Source: a candidate division Zixibacteria bacterium CG_4_9_14_3_um_filter_46_8
GTDB lineage: Bacteria > Zixibacteria > MSB-5A5 > UM-FILTER-46-8
DNA length: 64,000 nucleotides
Assembly (NCBI GenBank): GCA_002791595.1
Contig: PFXJ01000102.1
Location: forward strand, 8,896 to 72,895
Reading direction: 5' to 3'
The position numbers and the translations under genes are program-made. Below the pieces are notes generated by a model. That model did not search any database and had not been told where the DNA came from. It worked only from the letters and a program-made list of their open reading frames with translations. Position 1 is the stretch's first letter. Every line of letters starts with the position of its first letter. Shown piece by piece: positions 55,909-64,000 of this stretch.

Positions 55909-57969
55909 TTGAAGAAAAAAATTGTGCTCCTGCTCACATTTCTGTTTTTGCTGAGCCCCTCCATTCTTTTCGCTGAAAGCCCTTCCCAAGAAGAGTCTCT
56001 CCCAATTGGTCTAACTGCCGAGGAAATGCTTCGATTAGATGAAATCGGTATGTATCATCAGGTAACGACGCCGCCTACCGGAATGATAAGAAATCCGGCG
56101 GAATGGGAACCCTCGCAAGGCGTGATAATCCGTTGGCCCCTTGGGATTTCCGTTGCCATTATAGCGGAGATGTCAGAGGATCTGATGGTAACTACCATAG
56201 TAGGCAGTTCCGCCCAGGAAACCAGTGCTCGAAATGCCTATATTGCCGGCGGAGTGAATATGGTTCATACCCAATTCATAATCGCGCCTACCAACACTTA
56301 CTGGACTCGCGATTATGGTCCTTGGTTTATTTTCTCCGATGGGAATTCGGGAATTGTGGATCATATCTACAACCGTCCAAGACCATACGATGATCTTATA
56401 CCGGGTGTAATCGGAAACGCTTGGGGGATTCCGGTTTATGGAATGGATCTGATCCATACCGGCGGAAATCATATGTCGGATGGATTGGGAATGTCGATGT
56501 CATCGAAGCTAGTATATGATGAGAATCCGACCAAAACTCATGCGCAGATTGATTCCATAATGCTTGCTTATCTTGGCAATGATTATACTGTGCTTGACTA
56601 CGTGGAGGATTCTGGAATACATCACATTGATTGTTGGGCGAAATTCCTAAATCCTACCACGATTCTGGTAAAACAGGTGGCGCAAAATCACCCAAGCTAC
56701 GCCCGGCTAAATGCCAGGGCCGGCTACTTGGCACAACAAATATCCGCCTGGGGAAAACCATATACAATAGTGAGGGTATATTGTCAGTCTGGTGCGGCTT
56801 ATACCAATTCTATCATCTTAGGGAAAAAAGTTTTGGTCCCCACATTTAACAATTCTTATTATGACAATCTGGCCATACAGACTTATCAGAACGCTATGCC
56901 GGGATATGAAGTGCTCGGTTTTTCTGGTTCCTGGCTTGAAGACGATGCCATCCATTGCCGGGCTATGGGCGTTCCCGACTTGGAGATGCTCTTTGTTGAT
57001 CACATCCCGCTTCAAGATCAAGAAGGCGATACCAATGGCTATCGGGTTCCTGTTTATATTTCAGCTTATTCCGGCGCCGCACTGATACAAGATTCGCTCA
57101 AGATCTATTATAAAGTCGATAATGGAAATTGGAATTATATTCCTCTGGAAACCTCAGCGTATCCTGACTCATTTTTTGTCTTTATTCCCCCTCAGACTGC
57201 GGGTTCAGTCATCTCGTATTACGTAAAAGCGGCCGATAACACCGGCAGGATTGAAACCCATCCGTATATCGGCGCATCTTGGGCACATCACTTCACAGAC
57301 ACCGGCGATGCCCTTTGCTGCGATGTAAATATGATTCCAGACACTTATCCCATAAACATTCCGCCCGGCGGTTCGTTCGGAGCTACCGGCATTATTGGCA
57401 ATCCAACCTCTAACTCGATTTTGACTGATGTATGGGTTGGAGTCAAATACTTGGGCAATTTCTATCAAATCTGGAACTTCCCTAATATTCCCTTAAATGC
57501 AGGCCAATTCCTGAGCGCGCATCTCAATCAGATGGTTCCGGGCTTCGCCCCAACAGGAACTTACGATTATATATCCTACTGTGGAGATCAGCCAGTAAAA
57601 TGCGACTCGGCCATATTCCAATTTGCCGTAACCGGTTCGCGCTTGACGGATGGATACGGGGAATGGATACTTGAAGGGGGTTGGGGCCAGGATGATGGGA
57701 CACCCGACGAATATGGCCTCATTGGAGCATATCCCAATCCGTTCAACGCATCGGCTACCATTATTTATGAATTGCCCGCCGCCGGAGAGGCAAGTTTAGC
57801 GATTTATAATATGCTTGGACAAAAGGTAGCAGAATTGGTTGATGGATTTCAGAAAGCAGGCCGGCATAGTATTGCTTGGGAAGCTTCGGGGTTCTCGTCC
57901 GGCATCTACTTCGCGAAACTGACTATCGGTGAAAGAGCATTCACGGAAAGGATGACCTTAGTAAAGTAA
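55909..57969 (+). CDS. Secreted Porphyromonas-type peptidylarginine/agmatine deiminase-family protein with a T9SS C-terminal sorting domain
   Basis: Signal peptide; PAD_porph signature RNPAEWEPSQGVIIRWP and catalytic Cys region DDAIHCRAMGV; C-terminus YPNPFNASATIIYELPAAGEASLAIYNMLGQKVAEL...AKLTIGERAFTERMTLVK is a T9SS CTD. Confidence 0.7.
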   Translation: MKKKIVLLLTFLFLLSPSILFAESPSQEESLPIGLTAEEMLRLDEIGMYHQVTTPPTGMIRNPAEWEPSQGVIIRWPLGISVAIIAEMSEDLMVTTIVGSSAQETSARNAYIAGGVNMVHTQFIIAPTNTYWTRDYGPWFIFSDGNSGIVDHIYNRPRPYDDLIPGVIGNAWGIPVYGMDLIHTGGNHMSDGLGMSMSSKLVYDENPTKTHAQIDSIMLAYLGNDYTVLDYVEDSGIHHIDCWAKFLNPTTILVKQVAQNHPSYARLNARAGYLAQQISAWGKPYTIVRVYCQSGAAYTNSIILGKKVLVPTFNNSYYDNLAIQTYQNAMPGYEVLGFSGSWLEDDAIHCRAMGVPDLEMLFVDHIPLQDQEGDTNGYRVPVYISAYSGAALIQDSLKIYYKVDNGNWNYIPLETSAYPDSFFVFIPPQTAGSVISYYVKAADNTGRIETHPYIGASWAHHFTDTGDALCCDVNMIPDTYPINIPPGGSFGATGIIGNPTSNSILTDVWVGVKYLGNFYQIWNFPNIPLNAGQFLSAHLNQMVPGFAPTGTYDYISYCGDQPVKCDSAIFQFAVTGSRLTDGYGEWILEGGWGQDDGTPDEYGLIGAYPNPFNASATIIYELPAAGEASLAIYNMLGQKVAELVDGFQKAGRHSIAWEASGFSSGIYFAKLTIGERAFTERMTLVK

Positions 57970-58011
57970 TCTGCTCCCTTTGTTTTTTATTGCCTTCATT
58001 TTTTCACCTTG

Positions 58012-58037
58012 CATCGGGAGCAGTTGCTCCCGATGCA
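58012..58037. other. Perfect 11-bp stem hairpin (GCATCGGGAGC-agtt-GCTCCCGATGC) between the T9SS cargo gene and the liv operon
   Basis: Seen directly in sequence; an upstream segment ctgctccc (57971..57978) can alternatively pair with its left arm. Confidence 0.5.
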
Positions 58038-58128
58038 GGATTATATAAACTAACCCATTTCATTGCTTGACAAAACACATCCATCCGATTTATCTTGAGG
58101 GCTAAAGTGAAATGATTAAAGGGTCAAA

Positions 58129-59262
58129 ATGAAGAAGCATTGTGTTTTTTTATTTCTCTTAATCTTCCTGATAGCCACACAGGGCTGTGGCAGGAAGGAA
58201 AATCAAAATGAGATTCTAATCGGAGAATATTCCTCTCTGACCGGCACTACCGCCACATTCGGGCTTTCCACGCATCACGGATTAATGCTGGCTTTCAAGG
58301 AAGTCAATGAAGCGGGTGGCGTGTTGGGCAAAAAAATGATTTTGGTTACTGAGGATACTCAATCCAAGCCGGAGGAAGCGGCGACGGCCGTTACTAAGCT
58401 TATCACCCGAGACAATGTGAAGGCTGTTATTGGCGAAGTAGCTTCTTCACGGAGCCTTGCCGCCGCACCGATATGCCAAGCGAATAAAATCCCGATGGTC
58501 AGCCCCGCTTCAACTAATCCGGAAGTTACCAAGAAAGGCGATTACATTTTTCGCGTATGTTTTATCGACCCGTTCCAGGGTGAAGTGATCGCTAAATTCG
58601 CGGCAAACTCTCTAAAATTGAAACGCGCCGCTATTTTGAAAGATGTTAAAAATGATTACAGTATCGGTTTGGCCCAATTTTTCGAGCATACATTCACTCA
58701 ATTGGGCGGCGAGATTGTCGCCGCACAAGCATATAGCGAGGGCGATACTGATTTCCGAGCTCAGCTTACCGCTCTGAAATCTACCGATCCTCAATTAATT
58801 GTGGTAACTGGCTACTATACTGAAGCCGCCTTGATCGTAAAACAGGCGAGGGAACTCAATATGAATATGCCTATGCTTGGCGGCGATGGCTGGGACTCCG
58901 TGAAACTGCTGGAAATTGGCGGCGAAGCGCTGAATGGCACTTATTACACGAATCATTTCACTCCCGATGACACCAGCGCACTTGTTAAGAGTTTTGTGGC
59001 CAAATTCAAATCGAATTTCACTGATACTCCAGATGCTATGGCGGCTCTCGGATATGATGCCGCCCTAATCCTGTTTGATGCCATAAAACGAGCTGGGAAT
59101 ACCGATGCGGCGAAAATTCGTGATGCGCTTGCCTCTACGAAGGATTTTATCGGAGTCACGGGCAGGATTACGATTGACAAAGATCGAAATGCGCGCAAAT
59201 CGGCAGTGATTCTGGCTATTGATGGAGGCAAAACCCACTACCTGGAGACTATCCAGCCCTAA
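58129..59262 (+). CDS. Branched-chain amino-acid ABC transporter substrate-binding lipoprotein (LivJ/LivK family)
   Basis: Lipoprotein signal (IATQGCG); periplasmic binding protein family I pattern (GVLGKKMILVTEDTQSKPEEAATAVTKLI...DNVKAVIGEVASS). Confidence 0.85.
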   Translation: MKKHCVFLFLLIFLIATQGCGRKENQNEILIGEYSSLTGTTATFGLSTHHGLMLAFKEVNEAGGVLGKKMILVTEDTQSKPEEAATAVTKLITRDNVKAVIGEVASSRSLAAAPICQANKIPMVSPASTNPEVTKKGDYIFRVCFIDPFQGEVIAKFAANSLKLKRAAILKDVKNDYSIGLAQFFEHTFTQLGGEIVAAQAYSEGDTDFRAQLTALKSTDPQLIVVTGYYTEAALIVKQARELNMNMPMLGGDGWDSVKLLEIGGEALNGTYYTNHFTPDDTSALVKSFVAKFKSNFTDTPDAMAALGYDAALILFDAIKRAGNTDAAKIRDALASTKDFIGVTGRITIDKDRNARKSAVILAIDGGKTHYLETIQP

Positions 59263-59283
59263 ACCTGCCGGGCGACAGGCGGC

Positions 59284-60189
59284 ATGAACGAGTTACTTCA
59301 ACAAATAGTCAACGGAATCTCATTAGGGAGCATCTATGCATTGATTGCATTGGGATATACTATGATATATGGTATTCTCCGCTTCATCAACTTTGCTCAC
59401 GGAGATGTTTTTATGATAGGAGCTTTCATAGGTTTTTATCTTGCTCCGCCGATTGCTGCCGCCATTGGTGGACCTCCCTTAATTGCCGGCCTTATTGTAT
59501 TGGCAATTTCCATGGTCGGATGTTCATTGCTGGGAGTTACAATTGAGAAGCTCGCTTATCGGCCATTACGTTCCCGCCCCAAATTGACCGTGCTGATTAC
59601 CGCCATTGGAGTGTCTCTGTTTCTGGAATTCGGCGGCCAGCTTTTATTTGGACCCGATCCAAAACCATTCCCAACGCTGATTCCCGCAGGCACTGTGGTC
59701 AATACTGAGAATCTTGTAATCAGCACCAATTCCATCGTCGTAATTGTAACCGCCATTGCGCTGATGTTGGCTCTTCGTTTTATCGTTTTCAATACCAGAA
59801 TGGGCACGGCAATGCGGGCTGTTTCAAACAATCCCAACGCGGCTTCCCTGATGGGAATTAACGTTGATACGGTGATAAGCTTCACGTTCGTGCTCGGATC
59901 GAGCCTGGCTGGCGCCGCCGCATTGCTCTACGCTTCAATTTATCCCAGCATTAACCCTTTGATGGGAATTTTCCCGGGATTGAAAGCATTTGTGTCAGCA
60001 GTATTGGGCGGCATCGGCAATCTTTTGGGCGCGGCTGTTGGAGGACTAATCATCGGCCTCACGGAAACTTTCGTGGCCGGGTATATCTCTTCCACGTTTC
60101 GTGATGCCATCGCGTTCGGCGTTCTGATAATAATCCTTCTCTTTAAGCCCTCGGGCTTGTTCGGAAAACATGAATCGGAGAAAGTTTAG
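59284..60189 (+). CDS. livH: Branched-chain amino-acid ABC transporter permease LivH
   Basis: Polytopic membrane protein with LivH-type conservation (LNELLQQIVNGISLGSIYALIALGYTMIYG). Confidence 0.85.
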   Translation: MNELLQQIVNGISLGSIYALIALGYTMIYGILRFINFAHGDVFMIGAFIGFYLAPPIAAAIGGPPLIAGLIVLAISMVGCSLLGVTIEKLAYRPLRSRPKLTVLITAIGVSLFLEFGGQLLFGPDPKPFPTLIPAGTVVNTENLVISTNSIVVIVTAIALMLALRFIVFNTRMGTAMRAVSNNPNAASLMGINVDTVISFTFVLGSSLAGAAALLYASIYPSINPLMGIFPGLKAFVSAVLGGIGNLLGAAVGGLIIGLTETFVAGYISSTFRDAIAFGVLIIILLFKPSGLFGKHESEKV

Positions 60190-60194
60190 CCCAG

Positions 60195-61163
60195 ATGAGA
60201 GGTCATAGACCCCTGCTATTTTTGATTGCGGGAGTGCTGATAAGCGCTCTGGTTTCTTTGCTTCAAAACGAGATCAATCCCTATTACCTTCAAATCATTA
60301 TTTATATCGGCATCAATATCATTCTGGCATCAAGCCTAAATCTCATCAATGGTTTTGCCGGACAATTCTCTCTGGGGCATGCAGGTTTTATGGCCATTGG
60401 GGCTTATACCGCATCGGTAATCACGGCAGTGCTGCCTGCCGAAAGTGGCGCCATTGCCGGTGCATCGATCTTTGCGCTCTCATTAATTTGTGGCGGCGTT
60501 CTGGCTTCTATTTTTGGACTGCTGGTGGGGATTCCCAGCCTAAGGCTAAAAGGAGATTATCTGGCGATAACTACCCTTGGTTTCGGCGAAATAATTAGGG
60601 TCATTGTCCAAAATGTAAATTATTTGGGAGCGGCGCGAGGGTTTACCGGCATTCCCAAGCTTACTAACTTCTTCTGGGTATTCTCGATCGTCTCTGCAGT
60701 CATATATTTTGTCTTCAACCTGATCCATTCCACTTATGGAAAGGGTTTTCTTGCCGTTCGAGATGATGAAATTGCCGCCGAAGCCATCGGCATCAGTTCC
60801 ACCCGATTCAAGGTGATGGCATTTATTTTCGGCGCTTTTTTTGCGGGAATTTCGGGTGGGCTTTACGCCCATTTTGTCACCTATATTAATCCGATGCAAT
60901 TTGGCTTTCTCAAGTCGTTCGAAATTGTAGTGATGGTGATCGTGGGGGGAATGGGGAGTATCGGTGGAGTAATATTATCAGCCACGATATTGACAATCCT
61001 TCCCGAAGCCCTGCGCGCTATCGCCGAATATCGCATGGTTATTTATTCATTGCTTCTCATTATCATAATGATTACCCGTCCGCAGGGATTGTTTGGAAGC
61101 GGAACCTGGTTCAAAAGTCTCGCTAATCGTTTTTCTATCGGACCTGCGGGGAGGACGAAGTAA
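60195..61163 (+). CDS. livM: Branched-chain amino-acid ABC transporter permease LivM
   Basis: Polytopic membrane protein; position and conservation within the liv operon. Confidence 0.85.
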   Translation: MRGHRPLLFLIAGVLISALVSLLQNEINPYYLQIIIYIGINIILASSLNLINGFAGQFSLGHAGFMAIGAYTASVITAVLPAESGAIAGASIFALSLICGGVLASIFGLLVGIPSLRLKGDYLAITTLGFGEIIRVIVQNVNYLGAARGFTGIPKLTNFFWVFSIVSAVIYFVFNLIHSTYGKGFLAVRDDEIAAEAIGISSTRFKVMAFIFGAFFAGISGGLYAHFVTYINPMQFGFLKSFEIVVMVIVGGMGSIGGVILSATILTILPEALRAIAEYRMVIYSLLLIIIMITRPQGLFGSGTWFKSLANRFSIGPAGRTK

Positions 61164-61169
61164 CACGTT

Positions 61170-61934
61170 ATGGGCTTATTGTCGCTGGATTCCTGCACCA
61201 TAAAATTCGGTGGATTAACCGCAGTTGAAAACCTGACCATTGACATAGCAGGTAATGACCTTGCCGGCCTCATTGGCCCCAACGGGGCAGGCAAGACTAC
61301 TGTGTTCAATATGATTACCGGAGTATATCGCCCTACTTCCGGAAACATTGCATTTAATACCCGGCGCATTGTCGGATTGAAACCCCACGAAATCGCCAAG
61401 CTGGGCATCGCCCGCACATTCCAAAATATACGCCTCTTTCCATCTCTGACAGTTTATGAAACTGTGCAGGCGGCTTTCAATAAAAATATCGAATATGGTT
61501 TTATGCAAGCTGTCGGACGGGTCGGAAGTTACCAGCGCGAAGAGAATAAAATCGCCAGTAACGTTATGGAGATACTGGAGATATTTAGTCTGACAGATGT
61601 CAAGGACGAAATTGCGGTCTCTCTCCCCTACGGCAGCCAGCGCAGAGTAGAAATCGTGCGCGCTTTGGCAACCCGGCCGAAATTATTGCTTCTCGATGAA
61701 CCAGCCGCTGGCATGAATTCGTCCGAGAAGATCGCGCTGGTGAAACTTATTAAATCAATCAAAGATCGTTTCGACATTTCCATACTGATAATCGAACATG
61801 ATATGAGAGTTATAATGAATATCTGCGAGCGAATTATGGTTCTAAATTATGGAATTATGATTGCTCAGGGGACTCCTTTGGAGATTCGCAATAATCCTTC
61901 GGTAATTGAAGCTTACTTAGGGGAGCAAGTCTAA
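61170..61934 (+). CDS. livG: Branched-chain amino-acid ABC transporter ATP-binding protein LivG
   Basis: Walker A GPNGAGKTT; ABC signature LSYGSQRRVEI; Walker B LLLLDEPAAG. Confidence 0.9.
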   Translation: MGLLSLDSCTIKFGGLTAVENLTIDIAGNDLAGLIGPNGAGKTTVFNMITGVYRPTSGNIAFNTRRIVGLKPHEIAKLGIARTFQNIRLFPSLTVYETVQAAFNKNIEYGFMQAVGRVGSYQREENKIASNVMEILEIFSLTDVKDEIAVSLPYGSQRRVEIVRALATRPKLLLLDEPAAGMNSSEKIALVKLIKSIKDRFDISILIIEHDMRVIMNICERIMVLNYGIMIAQGTPLEIRNNPSVIEAYLGEQV

Positions 61935-61941
61935 TTTAGCG

Positions 61942-62652
61942 ATGCTGGAAATCACCGACTTACAAGTTCGATATGGGGCCATCGCCGCCATCAGAGGAAT
62001 AACGCTTTGTGTGGAAAGCGGGAAAATAGTTACCTTACTGGGCGCAAATGGCGCGGGCAAAAGCACCACCTTAAAAACAATTTCCGGGTTGCTTAAATCA
62101 ACAGGGGGTAGCATTCGCTTCAATGGAGATAACATAACCAATTTCCCGCCTCATAAAATTGTGGCCATGGGCATATCCCATGCTCCTGAGGGTCGGATGA
62201 TATTTTCGAACCTGACCGTTAAAGAAAATCTTGAAATGGGAGCATATCTGCGTGATGATCGGCATCAATTGAGTCGCGAGCTTGAATATGTTTTTACTCT
62301 GTTCCCCCGTTTGAAGGAGCGAATTAAGCAGGCCGGAGGAACATTATCAGGAGGCGAACAGCAGATGCTCACCATCGGGCGGGCATTGATGGCTCGCCCG
62401 AAGATGCTCCTTTTGGATGAACCATCCCTGGGCATCGGCCCAATTCTGGTGAAAGCGATATTCGATAAGATCGTCGAGATAAATCATGAACTCAAAATGA
62501 CTATCTTGTTGGTCGAACAAAATGCTCATTTCGCCTTGAAAGTCGCTGATTTCGGCTATGTGATGGAGACCGGGCAGATAACAATGCAAGGCACTGCCGT
62601 TGAACTCTCAAAAAATGAGCAGGTGCGGAAGGCGTATTTGGGGGAGGGGTAA
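61942..62652 (+). CDS. livF: Branched-chain amino-acid ABC transporter ATP-binding protein LivF
   Basis: Walker A GANGAGKST; signature LSGGEQQMLTIG; Walker B LLLLDEPSLG. Confidence 0.9.
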   Translation: MLEITDLQVRYGAIAAIRGITLCVESGKIVTLLGANGAGKSTTLKTISGLLKSTGGSIRFNGDNITNFPPHKIVAMGISHAPEGRMIFSNLTVKENLEMGAYLRDDRHQLSRELEYVFTLFPRLKERIKQAGGTLSGGEQQMLTIGRALMARPKMLLLDEPSLGIGPILVKAIFDKIVEINHELKMTILLVEQNAHFALKVADFGYVMETGQITMQGTAVELSKNEQVRKAYLGEG

Positions 62653-62686
62653 GATTAGTGGCTGAAGTAATTTCCCTCACCCCTTC

Positions 62687-62808
62687 CCCTCTCCCAATTA
62701 ATGGGAGAGGGAGTCGGAGGATGAGGGAGCTTGTGGGTTACACCCTCATCCGTCCCGACAAGTCGGGACACCCCGCCACAGGCGAGAAAATGTTCACCAA
62801 GCGGATGA
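62687..62808. repeat. Structured intergenic repeat element, copy 2
   Basis: Hairpin ccctctccca-attaa-tgggagaggg; conserved core gagtcggaggatgagggagctt; long-range pairing ctcatccg/cggatga; second hairpin gtcccgac-aa-gtcgggac. Confidence 0.7.
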
Positions 62809-62907
62809 CATTACTGAAGTAAAAGTTGATTTTGCAGGCGGGGAGGGAGCAAATCCCTCCCCCGATTTTCAATATGTGTTTTGGCTGATTAATGACGACA
62901 TATAATA

Positions 62908-63525
62908 TTACTGAACGCGGCCACTTATTGCATATCTTGAGAAATGATGAATATCAAACTTGATATTTTCCTTATCTTTCTTTACTTCAAATTTCTGTAA
63001 TTCCCAACCGGAATTTTCAGGATCATACCAGGATAATTCAAATCCAATATAGTCTTTTCCTGTCGGATTAAAATCCTCAAATCCCTTTACCTTCATCTCC
63101 AATGTAGCCGGTGGATCGAATATCAGCCCATCCGGTCCAAAATCCAGAACATAGACTATGCCGCTCGCTGTATAATACCATGAAGGTGTACAAGTGATAT
63201 CGACGTCATTATCCAGCGATTTTTGGGGGACTTCGAATTTGGCTTTATAATCTTTATTATTAGTTTCAAGATCAAAATGGCCACCCTTATTACCCATCGT
63301 CTCATTTATTGTTTGGCCGAGATCAAAACTATAACATTGGCCCCATTTTGCCGCAATTGCATTTGCCCCGAATGGTTCCCGGTAAGTTGTCTGCTGATAG
63401 TCAGGACTATTCGGCGCAACTTTGCCGCAACCTCCGATAATTCCAATGCCAAGTGCAAGAATGACAGCTCCGGCGATTTTTAATGTCAAGCTAATTCGCT
63501 TAAATAAGTTCATTTCGCCCTCCAA
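62908..63525 (-). CDS. Putative lipoprotein of unknown function
   Basis: Signal peptide with lipobox (GIIGGCGK); no recognisable domain. Confidence 0.35.
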   Translation of the reverse strand: MEGEMNLFKRISLTLKIAGAVILALGIGIIGGCGKVAPNSPDYQQTTYREPFGANAIAAKWGQCYSFDLGQTINETMGNKGGHFDLETNNKDYKAKFEVPQKSLDNDVDITCTPSWYYTASGIVYVLDFGPDGLIFDPPATLEMKVKGFEDFNPTGKDYIGFELSWYDPENSGWELQKFEVKKDKENIKFDIHHFSRYAISGRVQ

Positions 63526-63751
63526 TCCATGCTATTCGGAAAATTTGCCTTTAGTTGCTTTTCATCATTGATTACCTTATGATTTAAATTATATGCCAAA
63601 GATAATAAACTTCATTCTGAAGGCTAAGTTTTTGCATATATTTAATTTACCAATTATTGTGATACATACGCTTGGATATTGCTCAGCCTAAATTATGGGA
63701 ATATTCCGACAAACATCGGTTAAGGCCAATACAACAATAAATAGAAAACTA

Positions 63752-63902
63752 GGTAGGGTTTCTCCGGGACTTTGTCGCCTTCGGAATGCCAACCTGCTAA
63801 TTGAGACCCGACTGAGCGTCAAACCATAGGAAAAGACCTGCGTGTCTGCCTAGGGCGGGCAATCAGTAGCGCATCCCGATGAAATCGGGAGAACGGCCTA
63901 CC
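63752..63902 (+). ncRNA. Candidate structured RNA element (class unassigned): ~150 nt enclosed by a 13-bp helix, with internal hairpins
   Basis: 5' GGTAGG-G-TTTCTCC pairs with 3' GGAGAA-CGG-CCTACC; internal hairpin tcccgat-gaa-atcggga overlaps the 3' arm (mutually exclusive); UUCG-type loop (gccTTCGg); no ORF of at least 60 aa in 63526..64000. Confidence 0.35.
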
Positions 63903-64000
63903 TCATATTGCCACCTAATTTTGCTGGCTTCCTTTCAAACCGCTTGCTGACAGGATAGAAAACCAAAGTGACGATAAGGATCAAAATTGTCATTATGCCG

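Noticed and set aside
63752-63902. Assignment of the terminal structured element to tmRNA, RNase P, SRP/4.5S, 6S, or the TPP, FMN, cobalamin or c-di-GMP-I riboswitches
   Set aside because: Hallmark motifs of those families are absent: GGAAAGUCCGGGC for RNase P, GGAAGCAGC for SRP RNA, tmRNA termini, the CUGAGA plus GAACCUGAUC THI box, the B12 box context, and the GEMM CACAGGGCAAACC core. Only weak partial resemblances were seen, so the class is left open.
1-64000. CRISPR arrays, transposases or integrases, prophage or defence-island gene content
   Set aside because: No short regularly spaced direct repeats, no transposase, integrase or recombinase motifs, and no restriction, toxin-antitoxin or other defence-like genes were recognised. 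The content is flagellar, signalling, envelope and housekeeping.

Overview
The window is dominated by a large flagellar locus (about 1 to 33.7 kb, all on the + strand) from a diderm bacterium. Likely lineage is the FCB group (Bacteroidetes-like, T9SS-bearing): one protein carries a T9SS C-terminal sorting domain, and a Bacteroidetes-style -7 promoter motif lies upstream of it.

Gene order in the flagellar locus:
- (ylxF-like)-fliK-flgD-X-flgE-flbD-fliL-fliM-fliN-fliO-fliP-fliQ-fliR-flhB-flhA-flhF-flhG-fliA
- an uncharacterised five-gene block: small Lys-rich protein, membrane protein, DUF2225-like zinc-ribbon/TPR protein, PilZ, lipoprotein
- a signalling module: GAF protein, GAF-DHp-pseudo-ATPase protein, two single-domain response regulators
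- flgF-flgG-flgA-flgH-flgI-flgJ-flgN-flgK-csrA-flgL-fliW

The rest of the window is housekeeping and envelope genes: HU, a tiny bS22-like basic protein, a phosphoesterase, tRNA-Arg(CCG), proS, a FadL/PorV-like OMP, a YfgM-like protein, a GH57 glucanotransferase, a small membrane protein, a minus-strand LPS-core-type glycosyltransferase operon (2x GT9, GT2, 2x GT4) that also contains relA/spoT, pgeF, two OMP paralogs and uppP, two histidine kinases, a Porphyromonas-type peptidylarginine/agmatine deiminase homolog with a T9SS sorting domain, and a livKHMGF branched-chain amino-acid ABC transporter.

No transposase, integrase or CRISPR array was seen. Most unusual observations:
- FlhF has every GTPase motif degenerate, and its partner FlhG lacks the N-terminal activator helix
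- A ChpT-like GAF/DHp/pseudo-kinase protein sits next to orphan receiver proteins
- A two-copy structured repeat element in convergent intergenic regions shows compensatory base-pair changes between copies
- An unclassified ~150-nt structured RNA-like element with mutually exclusive helices lies at the 3' end of the window
- FlgJ is fused to an SLT lytic transglycosylase
- csrA/fliW flank flgL, with no flagellin gene in the window

Everything is inferred from motifs read in the sequence; no database searches were run.
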